DNA of 44,430 nucleotides from Paracoccus sp. (in: a-proteobacteria) (GTDB lineage: Bacteria > Pseudomonadota > Alphaproteobacteria > Rhodobacterales > Rhodobacteraceae), in contig JAUNRZ010000002.1 of NCBI GenBank assembly GCA_030539455.1, positions 1 through 44,430 on the forward strand. The letters are read 5' to 3'. The notes below the pieces were generated by a model. The model ran no database searches. It was given only the letters and a program-made list of their open reading frames with translations, and had not been told where the DNA came from. The position numbers and the translations under genes were made by a program. Below are positions 16,978 through 27,431 of this stretch, one piece after another (positions within the stretch are counted from its first letter, which is position 1; every line of letters begins with the position of its first letter).

Positions 16978-18897
16978 TGATCCTCCCCCTCTGAGCTGGT
17001 CCGCCGCTATGATTAGGAAGCGGAGGATGGAGAATGGCAAACAAGCATGTAAAGCCGGAAGAAATTGCGTCGAAGTTGCGACAGGTTGAGGTTCTAATGG
17101 GGCAAGGCCTATCTCGTCTTGATGCGATCAGGCAGATCGGGGTTGTCGAACAGACTAACTATCGTTGGCGCAAACAATATGGCGGGATGGGCGTGGATCA
17201 GCTGAAGGAACTGAAGCGCCTTCAGCAGGAGAATGAACGGCTCAGGCGTGCGGTGTCTGAGCTGACGCTGGACAAGCTGATCCTGGCGGAGGCAGCCCGG
17301 GGAAACTTCTGAGCCCGGCTCGCCGCGGGGCCTGCATTGACCATGTCAGCGCAGAGTTGTGCGTTTCCGAGCGCCGAGCCTGCCAGTTGCTGCACCAGCA
17401 TCGCTCAACACGAGCCGCAAGTTGCCGCAAGGGCGGACGGACGAAGACCGCCTGGTCGCTGATATGATCGAGCAGGCTCGGCAATATGGCCGCTACGGCT
17501 ATCGCGGGATGGCTGCCTTGCTGCGGGATTCCAGCTCGCATGTGAACGACAAACGGGTTGATCGCTTGCGGCGGCGTGAGGGGCTGAAAGTGCCATCGAG
17601 GCAACCGAAACGGGGCCGGTTTTGGCTGAATTTCGGTTCCTGCGTCCGGTTGCGCCCGGAATATCGGAATCACGTCTGGCCTTATGACTTTGTTCATTGC
17701 CGCACCGAGGACGGCACGGTGTTCAGGACGATGAACATCCTCGATGAGTTTAGCCGCGAATGCCTGGTGATCAGGGTGCGGCGTAAGCTGAACTCGGCAG
17801 ATGTGATCGAGGCACTGACCGACCTGTTCATCTTGCGCGGCGTGCCAGCCTTTATCCGCTCCGACAACGGCCTATGTCGGGAAAATCCGGCCGCTTAGGT
17901 CAGCTTGACGAGGGGCGTCCGGTTTTCCGGGTAGCCTGTTAAGGTTGCCCAGACTGGCTCTGCCGTCAAGAAATGCTCTCTTCCATAGCGAACATCGGGT
18001 ACGCACACCGGCGGCCCTCACCTTCCTCAATACAAGATCCCGAGCCCCAAGCAGAATGCTCGAACATTATCTACAAGGTCAGCAAGCTGCCTCTACGGCT
18101 CGTCAGCGAGAGGTCCCCCCGCCTGAGCGTCTTTCGGGTCGTTCTTGTCCCAGCTGTTGTGCAGGGCCTCCCGCGTGCGGGCCAGTCCGACCGAGGAAAC
18201 CAACTTCAGCCCGAACCCGGCTCGCCCGAGATGGTGCGTCAACGTTCGGTGATAGTTGCCGCCAAGCCCATCGTTTGGCCTTCGAACCCTATCCGCACCG
18301 GCGTGCCGTAGCTGGCAAGGGTTGCGGCGAGGCGCTGGAGGTCGTCAAGCGTGTTCAGGATCATCATTCGGCGAAGGCGCTTTTTGCCGGGGATGCCGAT
18401 CAGCACCTCGTGGCGATGCTTGGAAATGTCGATTCCGACCTGCAAGGTCCAAGCGGTAGCATTGGTGGCGGTCATAGCCGCCCTCCTCGACGGTGTGGTT
18501 GTGCAAGACCACTGTTGGGACCCGAGACCGGTTATGGCCACACGCTGCGCTTTTTGGGGGCTGCGCGCGTGGCCATAACCTCAAAACAGCGCATCTTTCC
18601 GAAGTGCTACGGCCCCGAGTTCATCGCCCTTGCCGTCCGTGACAGGATCGCCGCCGTCAGCGCAAAGGCGGCCTATATCGAACCCGGATCACCTTGGGAA
18701 ACGGTTACTGAGAGAGCTTCAATGCCCGCTTTCGCGATGACATGCTGAACGGGGAGGTTTTCTACAGCCTTCGCGAGGCGCAGATCCTGATCGAGCAATG
18801 GAGAAAGCACTACAACACGAGACGACCAAACAGCGCATTGGGCTATCGCCCACCGACCTCCGAAGCCTTCATTGCGATGGACCAAAGGCTGGTGATC
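16978..18897 (+). mobile_element. IS3-family (IS407-group) element, degraded; orfA 17034-17312; orfB frameshifted and interrupted; right end missing
   Basis: TGATCCTCCCC terminus; YRWRKQYGGM orfA; GGGAAAC shift region; W.YDFV, DEFSRE, IRSDNG|PEF, PGSPWE, YN..RP.SALGY. Confidence 0.9.
17873..18608 (-). mobile_element. Internally deleted IS110/IS1111-family element (transposase 5' part 18120-18475; 3' non-coding region kept)
   Basis: VGIDISK, GFE, GNYHR, ARTREALHNSWDKNDPKDA motifs; flanked by ACGGCC (17867-17872, 18609-18614); subterminal IR TCGGGAAAAT/TCGGAAAGAT. Confidence 0.8.
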
Positions 18898-19012
18898 CTG
18901 GGCTCGTCGCCGGGGATTACGGTCATACCTGTAGCGTCTGGGTCGGTCATGAGCTTATAGGGGTAAGCGAACTGGAGCCGACCTGCATATCTCCATATCA
19001 AAGGTCCTATAC

Positions 19013-19029
19013 TTGACAAATTCAGTCAC
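19013..19029. promoter_or_regulatory. Iron-Rhodo box-like site (IscR-type) upstream of exbB
   Basis: TTGACAAATTCAGTCAC fits TGAC-N7-GTCA. Confidence 0.65.
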
Positions 19030-19095
19030 ATAATTCATCCGAGCCCCAAAAAACTCGCCTTCCTGCACGACCACCCTTTCCACCGGAGACACCCA

Positions 19096-19782
19096 ATGCC
19101 TGATTTCGTCGCAACGCTCATGGAGATGCCGCTGTTCGGCCTGATCCGCGACGGCGGCTGGACGATGTGGCTGATTGCCGCTCTTTCGGTGGCCACACTG
19201 GGCATTGTCATCTGGCGGATCTGGGCGCTTTGGGCCGAAGGTGTCTGGGGCGGGGCGCATTCGCGCCGTGCGCTGGCGCTGTGGGCGCAGGGCCTGCGCC
19301 ATGAGGCGCTGGCCGAGGTCAAGGGCCGCCAGTCGGCTCGCGCTCGCGTTGCGCAGGCCGCTATCGGCACCTCGCTCGACCCGCGCATCGACGAGAGAAC
19401 CGCGCGTGAAGAGACCGCTCGTGTCGCGCGCCAGACGCTTTATCGCAGCCGCGAGGGGTTGCGGGCGCTGGAACTGATCGCGACAATTGCGCCGCTTTTG
19501 GGCCTGCTGGGCACGGTGCTGGGGATGATTACCGCCTTTCAGGTGCTGCAAAGCTCCGGCAATCGCGCCGACCCTTCGGATTTGGCGGGCGGCATCTGGG
19601 TCGCGCTTTTGACCACGGCGGCGGGCATGGCGGTGGCGATCCCGGCGGGCGTGGCGCTGAGCTGGTTTGAATCGGTGGCCGACCGCCTGCAAGCCGATCT
19701 GGAGGATCTGGCCACCCGCATTTTTGTGGAAGATCCGGGGCCGCAAACCCTCGCCGCGCGACAGGCCGAGGCCGCCGAATGA
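19096..19782 (+). CDS. exbB: ExbB/TolQ/MotA proton channel
   Basis: IATIAPLLGLLGTV.GMI.AF, LAGGI..ALLTTA.G..VAIPA. Confidence 0.92.
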   Translation: MPDFVATLMEMPLFGLIRDGGWTMWLIAALSVATLGIVIWRIWALWAEGVWGGAHSRRALALWAQGLRHEALAEVKGRQSARARVAQAAIGTSLDPRIDERTAREETARVARQTLYRSREGLRALELIATIAPLLGLLGTVLGMITAFQVLQSSGNRADPSDLAGGIWVALLTTAAGMAVAIPAGVALSWFESVADRLQADLEDLATRIFVEDPGPQTLAARQAEAAE

Positions 19783-20174
19783 GCGATGATTCCTTCGATC
19801 TGGGACCAAGGCGGCGTCCAAGACGGATGTCGCTGACGCCGATGATCGACGTGGTCTTTCTGTTGCTGATCTTCTTCATGCTCGCCTCGCGCTTTGGCAT
19901 GGATGCGGTGCTGCCCATCGCGGGCGGGGCCGAGGGCGGCGCGACCGAATGGCAGGGCGCGCCGCGTCTGGTGCAGATCGGGGCCGAGGGCTTGGCGCTC
20001 AATGGCAGCGCGGTCGAAGCCGACGGGCTGGCCGCCGCGCTGGCCCCGCTGATGCCCGAAGCGGGCGGCGCGGTGATCCTGCGCCCGTCCGAGGATGCCG
20101 ATTTGCAGCGCTTGGTGCAGGTCATAGACCTGCTGCGTGGCGGCGGTTTCGACAATCTGATTCTGATGGAATAG
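19779..20174 (+). CDS. exbD: ExbD/TolR biopolymer transport protein
   Basis: LTPMIDVVFLLLIFFML. Confidence 0.9.
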   Translation: MSDDSFDLGPRRRPRRMSLTPMIDVVFLLLIFFMLASRFGMDAVLPIAGGAEGGATEWQGAPRLVQIGAEGLALNGSAVEADGLAAALAPLMPEAGGAVILRPSEDADLQRLVQVIDLLRGGGFDNLILME

Positions 20175-20177
20175 GCG

Positions 20178-20558
20178 ATGCGCATTGACATGCCCCCCCG
20201 CCGCCCGCGCGCGGAATCGATCATTCCGATGATCAATGTGGTGTTTCTGCTGCTGGTTTTCTTTGTGCTGACTGCGCAGATCGCGCCCTCGACGCCGTTC
20301 GAGGTGGATCCGCCCGAAAGCGAGGCCGAGATCCCGGCGCAGGATATCGGCGTGCTGTATATCTCATCCGAGGGCGCGCTGGCTTACGACGATGCCCGAG
20401 GGGATGCGGTCTGGCCGCTGATCGCCGCACGCAGCGGCGACAGCCCGCTGGAGATCCGCGCGGATGGGGGGGCGTCGGGGGTGCTGATCGCCTCAATTCT
20501 CAAGCGGCTGCGGCAAGAGACGGAAACGCCTGTTCAGCTTATCGTCAGAGGGGGTTAG
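20178..20558 (+). CDS. exbD: Second ExbD/TolR protein
   Basis: IIPMINVVFLLLVFF and IRAD motifs. Confidence 0.88.
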   Translation: MRIDMPPRRPRAESIIPMINVVFLLLVFFVLTAQIAPSTPFEVDPPESEAEIPAQDIGVLYISSEGALAYDDARGDAVWPLIAARSGDSPLEIRADGGASGVLIASILKRLRQETETPVQLIVRGG

Positions 20559-20559
20559 A

Positions 20560-21414
20560 ATGCTTGGCTCCACCGTTGAGAAGCTGGGTTTCTTGGCGAT
20601 TGCGGCGGCGCTTCATGTCGCGGCGGCGGCGCTGATCCAATCGACTGATGCCGCTCCGGGCGAGGCCCTGCAATCCCCGCCCGCGGAGCTTGCCGCAGGC
20701 GGGGCTGAGATCGAGGCGATGGTCGCGGAATGGGAGGCCCCGCCCGAGATCCCGCAAGAGATCGCCTTTGATGCGCCCGAGCCGCAGGCGGCCGAGATGG
20801 TAGCGCCTTTGGAGCCGCCCGCTATGCCTGAGCCGTCGATGGTCGTGGCCGCTTTGCCCGCGCTGGCCCCGCCCGCGATTGCCGAAGCGCGCCCGAACCT
20901 GCCCGAGGCGCCGGAAGAGCCTGTCTCAGAGCTTTTGCTGGAGGCGTCCGAACGTCCGGCGGCCCGCCCCGAGCGGCGGCGTGAGCCCGCCCCGCAGCGC
21001 CAGCAGACCCGCAATGAGCCGCGCCAGCAGCAACCCGCGCGTCGTCAACAAGCCGCGCCTTCGAGCGCCGGTCAGGCGGGGCAACAGCAATCCGCGCCGC
21101 GCAGTCAGACCGGTGGCGGCGGGCTGAGCGGTCAGCAGGCCGCGCAGATCGAGGCCAACTGGCGCCAACAGGTCCGCACCTGCATCGCCCGCGCCGCTGG
21201 CGGCGTGCGTGGCGGGCGGGGTCAGCAACTGATGGTGAATTTCGTGATGGGCCGGAACGGGCGCGTTCAGGGTGCCTCAATCGCGGCCTCGTCGGGTGAC
21301 GCCCGCGTCGATCAGCGCGTCGCCCAAGCCATTCAGCGCGCCAACTGCCCCGCCGCCCCCGCCTCAATGCCCGGCGGCAGCTTCAGCTTCTCGCAGCCGT
21401 TTACGGTGAGGTGA
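20560..21414 (+). CDS. tonB: TonB energy transducer
   Basis: N-terminal A.ALH anchor, Pro/Glu-rich linker, C-terminal SSG...D domain; follows exbBDD. Confidence 0.85.
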   Translation: MLGSTVEKLGFLAIAAALHVAAAALIQSTDAAPGEALQSPPAELAAGGAEIEAMVAEWEAPPEIPQEIAFDAPEPQAAEMVAPLEPPAMPEPSMVVAALPALAPPAIAEARPNLPEAPEEPVSELLLEASERPAARPERRREPAPQRQQTRNEPRQQQPARRQQAAPSSAGQAGQQQSAPRSQTGGGGLSGQQAAQIEANWRQQVRTCIARAAGGVRGGRGQQLMVNFVMGRNGRVQGASIAASSGDARVDQRVAQAIQRANCPAAPASMPGGSFSFSQPFTVR

Positions 21415-21828
21415 GGGGGGGGCGGTGTGGGTTGTGATGCACGGTCGCGACCGGTTGGATGTCGGGCGGATTTTGTGACCGCCTAAAGTGAAATGACGAC
21501 GGCTTTGCCCTACGAAATTCGGCAATTGGCCCAATATGCCGCTGCTTAGTAGTGTGAGCGACTTAAGCTTCTCGCAACCGATTGCGGTGAGTGCGGGCTG
21601 CCCATTGTGGGGCATGATGTTCTGCGACTACCGCCTCAATGATGGCGTTTTTGGCTCTTGTGGCCTTTCCGAATCAAGAGGATGCGCTGTCGGGCTTTGC
21701 CGGTGGCGGGGATCCTGAATGATGCCTCGTCGCCCCGCCGCAAGCCTCGAAGTCGTCCTTGATCGCATGGTAAGGCTCCGGTGGCGGCCGCCTGACTTCG
21801 ACTTTGATCCGATGATAAGTTCGGCCTT

Positions 21829-22239
21829 ATGTCCGGATCTATGTCCCACCCGCATATTGAAGTTCTCTCCGCAGCTGACGGCTTCCGCCGTCGGTATTGG
21901 TCGGATGAAGACAAGCTCAGGATCGTCAAGGAAAGCTTCGTTGGGCACCGGCAAGTGACTGCGACGGCGCGGCGCCATGGCATTTGTCGCTCATTACTGA
22001 CGATTTGGCGTCGGCAGTATCGGAACGGCGCTTTCGAAGGTTCCCGGCCGTTAAACTTTGCGCCGGTGACCCTTGTGAATGAGGCTCTGTCTTGCCAGCC
22101 AGTTCCGGTGGGTTCATACCCAGCCCGTGTTGACTGGCAGGCTGAGATTGCACTGCCGAACGGGCGCCGGCTTATCGTCCCCGGCGAGGTCAGCTCGGAA
22201 GCACTCGCCCGGCTTCTTTCGGTGGTGGACGGGCAATGA
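21829..22239 (+). CDS. tnpA: IS66 TnpA accessory HTH protein
   Basis: RRRYWSDEDKLRIV.ES, ARRHGI..S.L..WRRQ. Confidence 0.85.
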   Translation: MSGSMSHPHIEVLSAADGFRRRYWSDEDKLRIVKESFVGHRQVTATARRHGICRSLLTIWRRQYRNGAFEGSRPLNFAPVTLVNEALSCQPVPVGSYPARVDWQAEIALPNGRRLIVPGEVSSEALARLLSVVDGQ

Positions 22240-22586
22240 TCGCGTTTCCGGCGGGTGTGAAAGTCTGGATAGCTGGCGGCGTGACGGATATGCGGCGGGG
22301 CATGAACACACTTGCCCTGCAGGTACAGGAAGGGTTGGGGCGCGATCCGCATGCCGGGGAGATCTTCTGTTTCCGGGGGCGCAAGGGCGATCTGGTGAAA
22401 TTACTGTGGCATGACGGGGTCGGCATGTCGCTTTATATCAGGCGGCTGGAGGCAGGGAAGTTCATTTGGCCTGTGAGCCATGGCAGCACCTCGGTGCAGG
22501 TCTCAGCCGCACAGCTCGGCTATCTACTGGAAGGCATTTACTGGCGCAACCCACGATGGTCGCAACGTCCTGCAAAGGCGGGATAA
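22236..22586 (+). CDS. tnpB: IS66 TnpB accessory protein
   Basis: TDMRRGM..L, FRGR.GD..K.LWHDG.G, RLE.G.F.WP. Confidence 0.92.
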   Translation: MIAFPAGVKVWIAGGVTDMRRGMNTLALQVQEGLGRDPHAGEIFCFRGRKGDLVKLLWHDGVGMSLYIRRLEAGKFIWPVSHGSTSVQVSAAQLGYLLEGIYWRNPRWSQRPAKAG

Positions 22587-22645
22587 TCTGGCCCGTCGAC
22601 CCTGTTTTTGTTGGCCTTTGAAGCGGTTTGTGGTAGACCTTCTCC

Positions 22646-24295
22646 ATGTCAGATGCCGCTTCCGAAATCGTCAGATTGCGCGCTGCATTGGCCGCGCAAA
22701 AAGCCCGCGCGCGGGCCGCTGAACGCGATCTGGTGCGGGCGCGCGCCGTGGCATCCTGCGCGGAGGCGATGATCCAGCAACTGAAGCTGGAAATCGCCAA
22801 GCTGCGGCGCGACAAATATGGTATCTCCTCTGAACGCCGAGCGCGGCTGATCGATCAGCTGGAATTGCAACTCGAAGAACTGGAAGCGGCCGCAACCGAG
22901 GATGCGCTGACGGCTGAGCAGACCGCGCAGAACACGAGCTGCACTGTGCGCGCCTTCGCGCTTCGCAAGCCCGTGCGCAAGCCCTTCCCTGAACACCTGC
23001 CGCGCGAGCGCGTGGTAGTCGCGGCCCCAACCAGCTGCACATGCTGTGGCTCAGATCGGATCGTAAAAATGGGCGAGGATGTGACCGAGACGCTGGAAGT
23101 CATTCCGCGTCGCTGGAAAGTGATCCAGACGGTTAGGGAGAAGTTCACCTGCCGGTCCTGCGAGAAGATCAGCCAGCCTCCGGCACCCTTCCATGCTATC
23201 CCCCGCGGTTGGGCCGGGCCGCAACTGATCGCGATGGTCGCTTTTGAGAAATACGGACAGCACCAACCGCTGAACCGGCAAGCCGAGCGCTTTGCCCGCG
23301 AGGGTGTAGGCCTCAGCCTCTCCACTCTGGCGGATCTGATCGGCCATGCCTGTGTTGCGCTTGCTCCGATCCATGCGCTGATCGAGCGACATGTGCTTGA
23401 AGGCACCCGCGTGCATGGCGATGACACAACAGTGCCGCTTCTGGCACGCGGTGGCACCAGGACGGCGCGGCTGTGGACCTATGTGCGCGATGATCGTCCC
23501 TTCAACGGGCGCGCGCCGCCGGCTGCATTCTTCAAGTTCTCGCCTGACCGTCAGATGATCCACCCGAACAAGCATCTCGCCTTGTGGCATGGGATCCTGC
23601 AATCCGACGTCTATGGCGGCTATAATGACCTTTATCTGGCACATCGCACCCCTGGGCCGGTGCGCAGCGCGCTGTGCTGGAGCCATGCAAGGCGCAAGTT
23701 CTTTGAGATGGCTGATATCCGTGGCAATGCGCGCAAGAAGAAGCCCGCCTATGAGATCTCCCCCATTGCGCTTGAGGCCGTGAAGCGGATCGACGCGATC
23801 TTCGACGTGGAGCGCGAAATCAACGGTATGGATGCAGATGCCCGCCTCGCCGTGCGCAAGCAACGCTCACGACCGCTGGCCGAGGATCTGCGCAACTGGC
23901 TGCTAGATGAGCGCGCCCGGCTGTCGAAACACAACGGCGTCGCGAAAGCCATCGATTACTTCACCACGCCGAAATACGGCAGGTGGGCTGCCTTCACTGA
24001 ATTCCTGGACGATGGGCGCATTTGCCTGACGAACAATGCAGCCGAACGCGCTCTCAGGGGGATCGCATTGGGTAGAAAATCATGGCTCTTTGCCGGATCG
24101 GAGCGCGGTGGAGACAGGGCGGCCTTCATGTATACCCTGATTGTGACGGCGAAATTGAACGATATCGATCCGCAGGCGTGGATGGCTGATGTCTTGGCGA
24201 GACTGCCGGACAAGCCCCTCTCGCGCATGCAGGAACGGCTTCCGCGGTGCTGGAGGGCGGTTCCGGAAAAGGTGCCGCTTGCGGCATCACGTTAA
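22646..24295 (+). CDS. tnpC: IS66 DDE transposase
   Basis: Coiled coil, zinc finger, HGDDT, CWSHARRKF, TNNAAERALR..ALGRK.WLFAGS. Confidence 0.95.
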   Translation: MSDAASEIVRLRAALAAQKARARAAERDLVRARAVASCAEAMIQQLKLEIAKLRRDKYGISSERRARLIDQLELQLEELEAAATEDALTAEQTAQNTSCTVRAFALRKPVRKPFPEHLPRERVVVAAPTSCTCCGSDRIVKMGEDVTETLEVIPRRWKVIQTVREKFTCRSCEKISQPPAPFHAIPRGWAGPQLIAMVAFEKYGQHQPLNRQAERFAREGVGLSLSTLADLIGHACVALAPIHALIERHVLEGTRVHGDDTTVPLLARGGTRTARLWTYVRDDRPFNGRAPPAAFFKFSPDRQMIHPNKHLALWHGILQSDVYGGYNDLYLAHRTPGPVRSALCWSHARRKFFEMADIRGNARKKKPAYEISPIALEAVKRIDAIFDVEREINGMDADARLAVRKQRSRPLAEDLRNWLLDERARLSKHNGVAKAIDYFTTPKYGRWAAFTEFLDDGRICLTNNAAERALRGIALGRKSWLFAGSERGGDRAAFMYTLIVTAKLNDIDPQAWMADVLARLPDKPLSRMQERLPRCWRAVPEKVPLAASR

Positions 24296-24888
24296 TCGCA
24301 CGCCTCAAAATTACGCTGTCCGAGGTCGAGCCCCAGGTGCTCCGGCGCTTCGATGTGCCTCTCAAGATCAAGCTCAACCGTCTGCACGACGTGATCCAGG
24401 CCGCTATGGGCTGGACCGACACGCATCTCTATGAGTTCAGGGCCGGCGGCGTGGGCTGGGGCGTTCCCGATCCCGATGGATTCTACGATGGAACGTTGCC
24501 CGCCAGCAAAACCAGCCTCTTGGATGTCCTCGAAGACATCGGCACCAAAACCATCCACTACATTTACGACTATGGCGACAACTGGCACCATGTCATCAAG
24601 GTCGAAAAGATCGGCGATGCACTCCCAGGAGCGGAATTCCCTCGGCTTGTGCGCGCCATCGGCGCCTGTCCCCCTGAGGACGTGGGCGGCTTCCCCGGCT
24701 ACGCTGAGTTCCTGCAAGCCATGTCCGATCCCGAGCATGAAGCCCATGCCAACATGATACGCTGGCACGGAAGCAAGTTCGACCCAGTAGGCGCTGACAT
24801 ACATGGAATCCTCGAAAGATTCGAACGCCTCACGAAAAAGTGGGCGCCAAAACCCAGAAAACCCAAAGCCTCAATAAAGCCCCGCTGA
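24286..24888 (+). CDS. Plasmid pRiA4b ORF3-like (IS1096 TnpR-type) passenger protein; start codon appears mutated to ATC
   Basis: LH.VIQAAMGW.D.HLYEF, YIYDYGDNWHH, ACPPEDVGG..GY. Confidence 0.8.
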   Translation: MTLIARLKITLSEVEPQVLRRFDVPLKIKLNRLHDVIQAAMGWTDTHLYEFRAGGVGWGVPDPDGFYDGTLPASKTSLLDVLEDIGTKTIHYIYDYGDNWHHVIKVEKIGDALPGAEFPRLVRAIGACPPEDVGGFPGYAEFLQAMSDPEHEAHANMIRWHGSKFDPVGADIHGILERFERLTKKWAPKPRKPKASIKPR

Positions 24889-24926
24889 TCAAGCAACCAA
24901 AACAGCGGCCTTCACCGAAGGCTTAC

Positions 24927-25015
24927 ATCGCATGCATCGCCTCGACCAGATCGGTGTCATCCTCGCGCCGCTCGGGATTGTCGTCGAAGGCGGAGCGGGC
25001 CAGTGCCATCAGGGT
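24927..25015 (-). pseudogene. IS3-family orfB remnant split by the IS66 (continues at about 21735-21769)
   Basis: Joined flanks read LMALARSAFDD.P....DDT.LVEAMHAI|KDDFE, resembling an IS3 OrfB N-terminus. Confidence 0.5.
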
Positions 25016-25294
25016 CGTGGCGTCAATATATAGATTTCACGATTCTTGCGGAAAAGTTGCCAAGCACGGCAGCCCCGGATTCGAGAAGCGAACGCGGAGC
25101 CCATGCCACAGAGACGTTCAGAGCAGAATTGTGAAGGATCAGACCGCGGTGATGGTCTGCAAATGACGACGAGGTCACGAAGACCCGAAGCGATCCTCTT
25201 AAACCCACCTGCGCCCTCTCCAGAGCGAAACTTGGCAGAAAATCGCATCGACAGCCTCTTGACGACGTTATGTCAGATCACGCATAATTGATCC

Positions 25295-25450
25295 GCTTAG
25301 GTTCTGGTATTGTGCCAGATGAAAAGGGAACACGGAACCGATCCGTGGCTGCCCCCGCAACTGTAGGCGGAGAGCAAGGCCGAACGCGCCACTGGGAAAC
25401 CGGGAAGGCCGGCCAAGCATCGACCCGCGAGCCAGGAGACCTGCCTAAGC
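25295..25450 (+). ncRNA. Cobalamin riboswitch
   Basis: AAAAGGGAA, GCCCCCGCAACTGT, GCCACTG...GGGAAGG and B12 box GAGCCAGGAGACCTGCC; GCTTAGG/CCTAAGC closing stem; upstream of btuB. Confidence 0.95.
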
Positions 25451-25583
25451 CGTCACCCATTCCGGGCGCGGGGTGCGCCAGGGAAGCGGCCATCCCGCAG
25501 TGGTGTCATTCATCCGTCTGCGGGCGCAGGTCCGCAGGCGACCGTTTGTCACCGGGCCACGGGCCCGAACCGAAGGTTGCGCG

Positions 25584-27431
25584 ATGCGTCTTGCTGTTCT
25601 TTTATCCACCGCTCTGGTGCCGTTTTCCGTGACGGCCGAGGAACCTTATCTTCTTGATGAAATCGTTCTGTCGGCGGGGTTCCTGCCAATCGAAGCGCAG
25701 TCATATGGCCGCGCCAATACCGTCATCACCGCCGACGAAATCGCGGCGCGTGGCATTCGCACCGTCCAGGACGCGCTGCGCAGCGTTCCGGGGGTGGCCG
25801 TCAGCAGCACCGGCACCAGCTATACTCAGGTTCGCATCCGTGGGGCCGAAGCGAATAACGTGCTGGTCCTGATCGACGGCGTGCGCGCGGCGGCGGGCGA
25901 CAGCGAATATATCCTGACCGGGCTGGAAACCGCGAATATTGAGCGAATCGAGGTGTTGCGCGGCCCGCAATCGGTCTTCTGGGGCAGCGACGCGGCGGCA
26001 GGCGTCATCAACATCATCACCAAACAAGGTGGGATGGGTCAGCAGGCGGCCGGATCGATCGAGTTCGGCAATGGTTGGGCGGCCTCGGCGCGGGCCAGCA
26101 CGCGCGGCGAATATGGCGGCTTGTCTTTCACCGCCAGCACGCGCGATGACAACGGCTACGATTATTCCAACACGCCCGGTGGCGAAAGCGACGGCATCCG
26201 CCGCCACACGCTGACGCTGGCGGGGGATCACCGGGTCAGCGAGGATGTGCGGCTGGGCTTCAGCCTGCGCGGATCGCGGGAACGCTACGACTATGACGCG
26301 ACCTCGTGGACGGCAGCCACCGCCGACGAATATGTTGTCGATTCGTCTGATTTTGCCAATCGCAGGGAATTCGGCGGCCAGATTTATGCCGAAATGGAGA
26401 CGCTGGATGGCCGCCTGCTCCACCGGCTGTCCTATGATCAGTCCCGGTTCCAGATCTCGCGCAATGACGGCCCGTGGAGCAGAGCGCGTAGCGATGCGTG
26501 GAAATATCGCGGTATCTATGGCTTGGACGGGGTCGTGGCCGAGGCGCGGCAGACCCTTGCCCTCGGCCTTGAACGTCAGCGCGATGAAAACAGCATCGCC
26601 ACCGAACAGCGCCGCCGGTCGAACGCAATTGCGCTGGAATATCGCGGCAGCTTCGACGGGCTAGAGGTGCAGGCAGGCTTGCGCCATGATGCCAATGACG
26701 TGTTCCAGAGCGCAACCACGTGGTCGGCCGGTCTGTCCTACCAGATCCCCGATCACGGCTTGCGGCTGCACGCCTCGGCCGGAACGGGGGTGGTCAACCC
26801 CAGCTATTTCGAACTGTTTGGCGGCTGGGGCGCCGTCGGAAACCCGAACCTGCGTCCTGAAGAGAACCGGGGCTTCGACCTTGGCGTCGAGGCCACCTTG
26901 CTGGACGGTCTCGGGGTGATCGACGTGACCTATTTCCACGAAAATCTGGAGAACGAGATCACCTATAGCGGCATTCCCTTGGCTGACGGGACCAACTATT
27001 TCAACCAAGACGGCACAAGCACCCGCCGCGGGGTCGAGATCGCAGGCCGGATGCAGGTCAGTGACGTGCTCAGCTTTGGCGGATCCTACACCTACCTGCG
27101 GGCGAAAAACCCCGACGGCAGCGTCGAGATCCGCCGTCCGCGCCACGAATTCGGCCTGAACGCGGAATATCTGTTTGCAGAGGGCCGGGGCACTCTGGCC
27201 GGAGATCTGCGCCATGTCAGCGGCAACTGGGACACGCAATGGTTTGGCGCCAACCAGACCGCGGAACTGCCCAGCTACACCGTCGTCAACATCGCCGCCG
27301 GATATGACCTGTCCGACCGCGCCCGGCTGACCGGGCGGGTCACGAACCTGTTCGACAAAGACTATTACGACGCCTGGGGCTATGTCTCGCAGGGGCGCAC
27401 GGCTTGGGCGGGCATTGAGGCGCGGTGGTAA
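25584..27431 (+). CDS. btuB: TonB-dependent cobalamin receptor
   Basis: Signal peptide, TonB box EIVLSA, IERIEVLRGPQS plug motif, GNPNL.PE, C-terminal W; riboswitch upstream. Confidence 0.9.
   Translation: MRLAVLLSTALVPFSVTAEEPYLLDEIVLSAGFLPIEAQSYGRANTVITADEIAARGIRTVQDALRSVPGVAVSSTGTSYTQVRIRGAEANNVLVLIDGVRAAAGDSEYILTGLETANIERIEVLRGPQSVFWGSDAAAGVINIITKQGGMGQQAAGSIEFGNGWAASARASTRGEYGGLSFTASTRDDNGYDYSNTPGGESDGIRRHTLTLAGDHRVSEDVRLGFSLRGSRERYDYDATSWTAATADEYVVDSSDFANRREFGGQIYAEMETLDGRLLHRLSYDQSRFQISRNDGPWSRARSDAWKYRGIYGLDGVVAEARQTLALGLERQRDENSIATEQRRRSNAIALEYRGSFDGLEVQAGLRHDANDVFQSATTWSAGLSYQIPDHGLRLHASAGTGVVNPSYFELFGGWGAVGNPNLRPEENRGFDLGVEATLLDGLGVIDVTYFHENLENEITYSGIPLADGTNYFNQDGTSTRRGVEIAGRMQVSDVLSFGGSYTYLRAKNPDGSVEIRRPRHEFGLNAEYLFAEGRGTLAGDLRHVSGNWDTQWFGANQTAELPSYTVVNIAAGYDLSDRARLTGRVTNLFDKDYYDAWGYVSQGRTAWAGIEARW

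Larger units (their letters stand above)
21770..24926 (+). mobile_element. Complete IS66-family element with passenger gene and 8-bp target duplication
   Basis: Ends GTAAGGCTCCGGTG / CACCGAAGGCTTAC; ATCGCATG on both sides (21762-21769, 24927-24934). Confidence 0.93.

Noticed and set aside
18901-18955. GGCTCGTCGCC..., possible ISL3-type end replacing the IS3 right end
   Set aside because: Too short, with no partner end or transposase.
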